A DNA stretch of 43,472 nt. It comes from an uncultured Candidatus Saccharibacteria bacterium. Its GTDB lineage: Bacteria; Patescibacteriota; Saccharimonadia; CAILAD01; BJGX01. The notes beneath the pieces were generated by a model that made no database searches, was not told the DNA's origin, and was given only the letters and a program-made list of their open reading frames with translations. Positions 40,609-43,472 of this stretch are shown here, in pieces (the stretch's first letter is position 1; each line of letters starts with the position of its first letter). Where the stretch lies: NCBI GenBank assembly GCA_964397085.1, contig CAYNHH010000001.1, positions 1-43,472 on the forward strand. Direction: 5' to 3'. The position numbers and the translations under genes were made by a program.

Positions 40609-41876
40609 GCTTTTCTTTTTGTCACCGCCTTCTTAGCAGCAGCAACTTCATCCCAAGCTTTCTTCTTTCCATGTGCAAAGATAATGCTTTTTTCATCACC
40701 CTTACTCAAAAGTACTACGATGTCACCTTTTGAAGCTTGCGCAATTGCGTAATTCACTGCTTGCTGTCTATCCTGCCTTATAAAATAATCAATATCAATT
40801 TTTTTGCCATGCTTCTTTAGGCCCATCTCAATCTGTGCGATAATATCACTATTTTGCTCACTTCTAGGGTCGTCTTCAGTAAGCACTACTAAGTCACAAT
40901 ATTTTGCAGCCTCTTCGCCCTGCAGTGGACGCTTGCCTTTATCACGTTCACCTGGACAACCAAACACCGCAATGAGCTTACCATTACAGATATGTCTCAG
41001 TTCAGATAATACCTTCGAGAAAGCCTCTGGTGTATGAGCAAAATCGACAATAATCCCAAAATCTTGACCAGCATCAACATATTGCATCCTTCCTGCCACA
41101 GCTTGCAAATCAGCAAGACCTTTTGATATGGCTTTTTCTGATATACCTAGCTCTAAAGACGCCGTAATTGCGGCTAGAGCATTATCGATGTTAAAACTCC
41201 CTAGTAGTTGTAGAGTAATTGGAATTTTCTTGTTTTTATATTTTGCATCAAACTTGGTGAATTGGTGAGATTTGTGTATATTAACTGCCTCTACATCACC
41301 ACCCAATCCATAAAATATTGGTTTCTCAATAGCACTAGCAAAGTCTTGTGCGTGCATATCACCGCGATTTACAACTCCAACACGCAAGCCTGCCTTATTC
41401 TTGTTGGCCAATCTAAATAATCGAACTTTTGCAGACAAATATCTCTCGAAGGTTTTATGATAATCAAGATGCTCAGGAGTAATATTGGTAAAAACAACCA
41501 GGTAAAATGGAATACCCCAAAGTCTACGTTGAGCCAAAGCATGACTGGTAGTCTCAAGTACTAAGTATTCACAGTTATTATCTTTAGCTTTTTTGAGTAG
41601 CGAAAACAACTTACTGGGCTGCAAAGTAGTCATACGAGTTTCGTTAGCCTCTTCACCACTGCCTACATCAAACGAAACTGTCGTAAGAAGAGCAGTCTTG
41701 TGCCCAGCAGCTCGCAGTATTTCAGCAATCATTGTTGAAGTAGTAGTCTTGCCGTCTGTACCAGTGACCGCTATCACCTTCATGCCACGAGCTGGTAATC
41801 CGTTGCGAGCCTGAGCAATACTTGCCTCAGCAATATGTTTGGTAGTCTTTAGAGATTCTACAATATGATCTATCAT
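40605..41876 (-). CDS. Mur ligase family protein, MurE-like, lacking the usual N-terminal domain
   Basis: GTDGKTTT P-loop and a C-terminal LTEDDPRSE resembling the MurE DNPR region; 423 aa. ATGA overlap with trhO. Confidence 0.7.
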   Translation of the reverse strand: MIDHIVESLKTTKHIAEASIAQARNGLPARGMKVIAVTGTDGKTTTSTMIAEILRAAGHKTALLTTVSFDVGSGEEANETRMTTLQPSKLFSLLKKAKDNNCEYLVLETTSHALAQRRLWGIPFYLVVFTNITPEHLDYHKTFERYLSAKVRLFRLANKNKAGLRVGVVNRGDMHAQDFASAIEKPIFYGLGGDVEAVNIHKSHQFTKFDAKYKNKKIPITLQLLGSFNIDNALAAITASLELGISEKAISKGLADLQAVAGRMQYVDAGQDFGIIVDFAHTPEAFSKVLSELRHICNGKLIAVFGCPGERDKGKRPLQGEEAAKYCDLVVLTEDDPRSEQNSDIIAQIEMGLKKHGKKIDIDYFIRQDRQQAVNYAIAQASKGDIVVLLSKGDEKSIIFAHGKKKAWDEVAAAKKAVTKRKA

Positions 41877-42742
41877 TTTTTCGCTAGCTCATTAACTGCA
41901 ACTGGGCAAAGACCAGCATGTTTTTTCTCGCAATCCTTGCAGCAAATAAAGAGTTGATGACAATCTGGCTTGGTGCAATCAATATAGCGATCACTTTTTG
42001 CACCACAATGTACGCATTTACTCAATACCTCTGCCCCGCTCGGTGTGTCAGTATTTGTCACCATCCTATCATCAAAGACAAAATTTTTGCCTTTAAAATG
42101 ACCGTTAGGATACTTCTCGAGGTATTTTGCTATGCCCCCTTCTAGCTGATACACATCTGTATATCCTTCTTCGGTAAGTAAGGCAGTTGCTTTCTCGCAA
42201 CGAATACCGCCAGTGCAATAAGTAAGTACTTTCTTTTTAGGGTCGATTTTAAGATTTTTTACTTTCTTAGGTAGCTCATAAAACTTGGTGGTGTCAGGCT
42301 GAATTGCACCTTCAAAACGACCTACTTCATATTCATAATTATTGCGCATATCTACCACGGCAAAATCTTTTTCATTCTCAAGTACTGCATGAAATTGCTC
42401 TGGCGTAAGATACTTACCTGCCTTACTCATATCTACTTTTTTGCCCAGAGTAACTATCTCATCTCGCTTTTTTACAATGAGTTTGTGAAAAGGTAGCTTA
42501 CCAGCCGGCGTACGCTTAAAGACTATATCGGCAAACAACGGGTGCGCATCCATATATTTTGTGTACTGTTTCAGTTGAGCCGAAGTCCCTGCCACTGTAC
42601 CATTTATGCCTTCCTCGGCGATAAGTATTCGACCAGTCAGGCCAATGCCGGCACAAACCAGCTTGTGTTGTAATACCTCAAACTCCGGCTGAGGGACATG
42701 TACAAATTTGTAATAGAGTAATACGTATATATGTGAGCTCAT
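41873..42742 (-). CDS. trhO: Rhodanese-domain tRNA uridine(34) hydroxylase (TrhO/YceA family)
   Basis: 289 aa. N-terminal UPF0176-type region, rhodanese loop CTGGIRCEKA and a C-terminal Cys cluster. Confidence 0.8.
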   Translation of the reverse strand: MSSHIYVLLYYKFVHVPQPEFEVLQHKLVCAGIGLTGRILIAEEGINGTVAGTSAQLKQYTKYMDAHPLFADIVFKRTPAGKLPFHKLIVKKRDEIVTLGKKVDMSKAGKYLTPEQFHAVLENEKDFAVVDMRNNYEYEVGRFEGAIQPDTTKFYELPKKVKNLKIDPKKKVLTYCTGGIRCEKATALLTEEGYTDVYQLEGGIAKYLEKYPNGHFKGKNFVFDDRMVTNTDTPSGAEVLSKCVHCGAKSDRYIDCTKPDCHQLFICCKDCEKKHAGLCPVAVNELAKK

Positions 42743-42879
42743 AATACCAGTGATTATACCTGAAAATATACTATATTTCTAGCCACCAAATCAATTTGCA
42801 GTATAATGCTTATACTTGTAAACTAAGAGTAAATATGATAAAAACAGTAACAGTGTCCATACCCGCTAGAGGAGAATAA

Positions 42880-43472
42880 GTGACAAGTACCGCACAGGAA
42901 ATTCATGATAGTCGAGAAAGCGCTACACACAAGCGAAAGGCCAAGTACAAACGTATTTTGCTCAAGCTCTCAGGAGAAGCTCAGGGCAATACCTACACGC
43001 TTGAAGATGGCTCAACCCTTGTTGCTGGATTTGACACCAGCAAAATGCGACTAGAGGCAGAGGAGATCATTGCCGTCATCAAAGAACTTGAAGTTGAGCT
43101 CGTGATTGTAGTAGGCGGGGGAAACATCTTTCGTGGCCGGGACGCAATTGGCCTCGACAAGAACACCGCTGACTACATGGGCATGCTTGCAACCGTACAG
43201 AATGCTCTCGCACTTGAAGACATCCTCAAGCAAGAGGGTGTGGAGGTGCGGATGAACTCGAGCCTTGAGATCAAAGACGTCGCAGAGCCATTCATCTGGA
43301 AGAAGACCAAGCGTCACCTTGAGAAAGGCCGCGTAGTGATCTGTGCAGGAGGCCTTGGAGAGCCTGGTTTTACCACCGACACTGCATCGGCGCAACGTGC
43401 AATGAATTTGGGGTGTGAAGCCATCTTGATGGCCAAGCAAGGTACCGATGGGATCTACGACACAGACCCCAA
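42880..43472 (+). CDS. pyrH: UMP kinase, 3' end beyond the window
   Basis: GTG start after AGAGGAG. YKRILLKLSGEA and VVGGGNIFRG motifs. Open to the window edge, so it is absent from the ORF track. Confidence 0.85.
   Translation, partial: MTSTAQEIHDSRESATHKRKAKYKRILLKLSGEAQGNTYTLEDGSTLVAGFDTSKMRLEAEEIIAVIKELEVELVIVVGGGNIFRGRDAIGLDKNTADYMGMLATVQNALALEDILKQEGVEVRMNSSLEIKDVAEPFIWKKTKRHLEKGRVVICAGGLGEPGFTTDTASAQRAMNLGCEAILMAKQGTDGIYDTDP

Noticed and set aside
1-43472. Alternative genetic code (UGA recoding, as in some CPR lineages), CRISPR arrays, rRNA/tRNA genes, and transposases.
   Set aside because: Long uninterrupted ORFs end at UGA in classic ATGA coupling junctions (15954-15957, 26249-26252, 34539-34542, 41873-41876), so the standard code fits. 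No spaced direct repeats, rRNA/tRNA signatures or DDE/serine/tyrosine recombinase motifs were seen.

Overview
This 43,472-nt window comes from a compact bacterial genome whose backbone is about 42-43% GC (hand counts of sampled 60-nt lines). The backbone is tightly packed, mostly minus-strand housekeeping genes: RNase J, family-4 UDG, pnp, rpsO, truB, a DHH/NrnA-like phosphoesterase, tmRNA (ssrA), rpsT (+), holA, mutM, cca, polA, rpoD, dnaG, a MurE-like ligase, trhO and pyrH (+, cut by the window end). There are also two TrmB-family regulators. Gene content, tiny spacers, ATGA-coupled genes, P/Q-rich envelope proteins and many leaderless-type promoters suggest a reduced-genome lineage such as CPR/Saccharibacteria; this is inference only. 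Several GC-richer accessory islands (48-67% in sampled lines) are interleaved with the backbone. They carry their own consensus sigma70 promoters, strong Shine-Dalgarno sites and GC-rich hairpin terminators that lack U-tracts. Main findings: (1) A textbook type III hammerhead ribozyme lies at 10626-10677 (-), inside a promoter-to-terminator minus-strand unit (11254 -> 9549). The ~1.1 kb downstream of the ribozyme has no credible ORF and contains a ~700-nt GC-rich, hairpin-dense core next to ssrA, so it is a candidate ribozyme-processed long ncRNA. (2) A six-gene plus-strand envelope island (25.3-30.4 kb) encodes TM proteins, lipoproteins and an SPFH-like protein, with a repeated leader motif. 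(3) A small island encodes a cyclic-phosphate-processing receiver-like domain and a degenerate Fic protein; a PNK-like kinase sits elsewhere beside ssrA. (4) A GIY-YIG gene is bracketed by a perfect 28-bp inverted repeat. (5) Three near-identical 29-nt promoter cassettes sit in front of GC-rich islands. (6) Backbone genes widely show leaderless promoter geometry. (7) The DnaG primase has lost all four zinc ligands. No CRISPR array, tRNA, rRNA, transposase or integrase was recognised.
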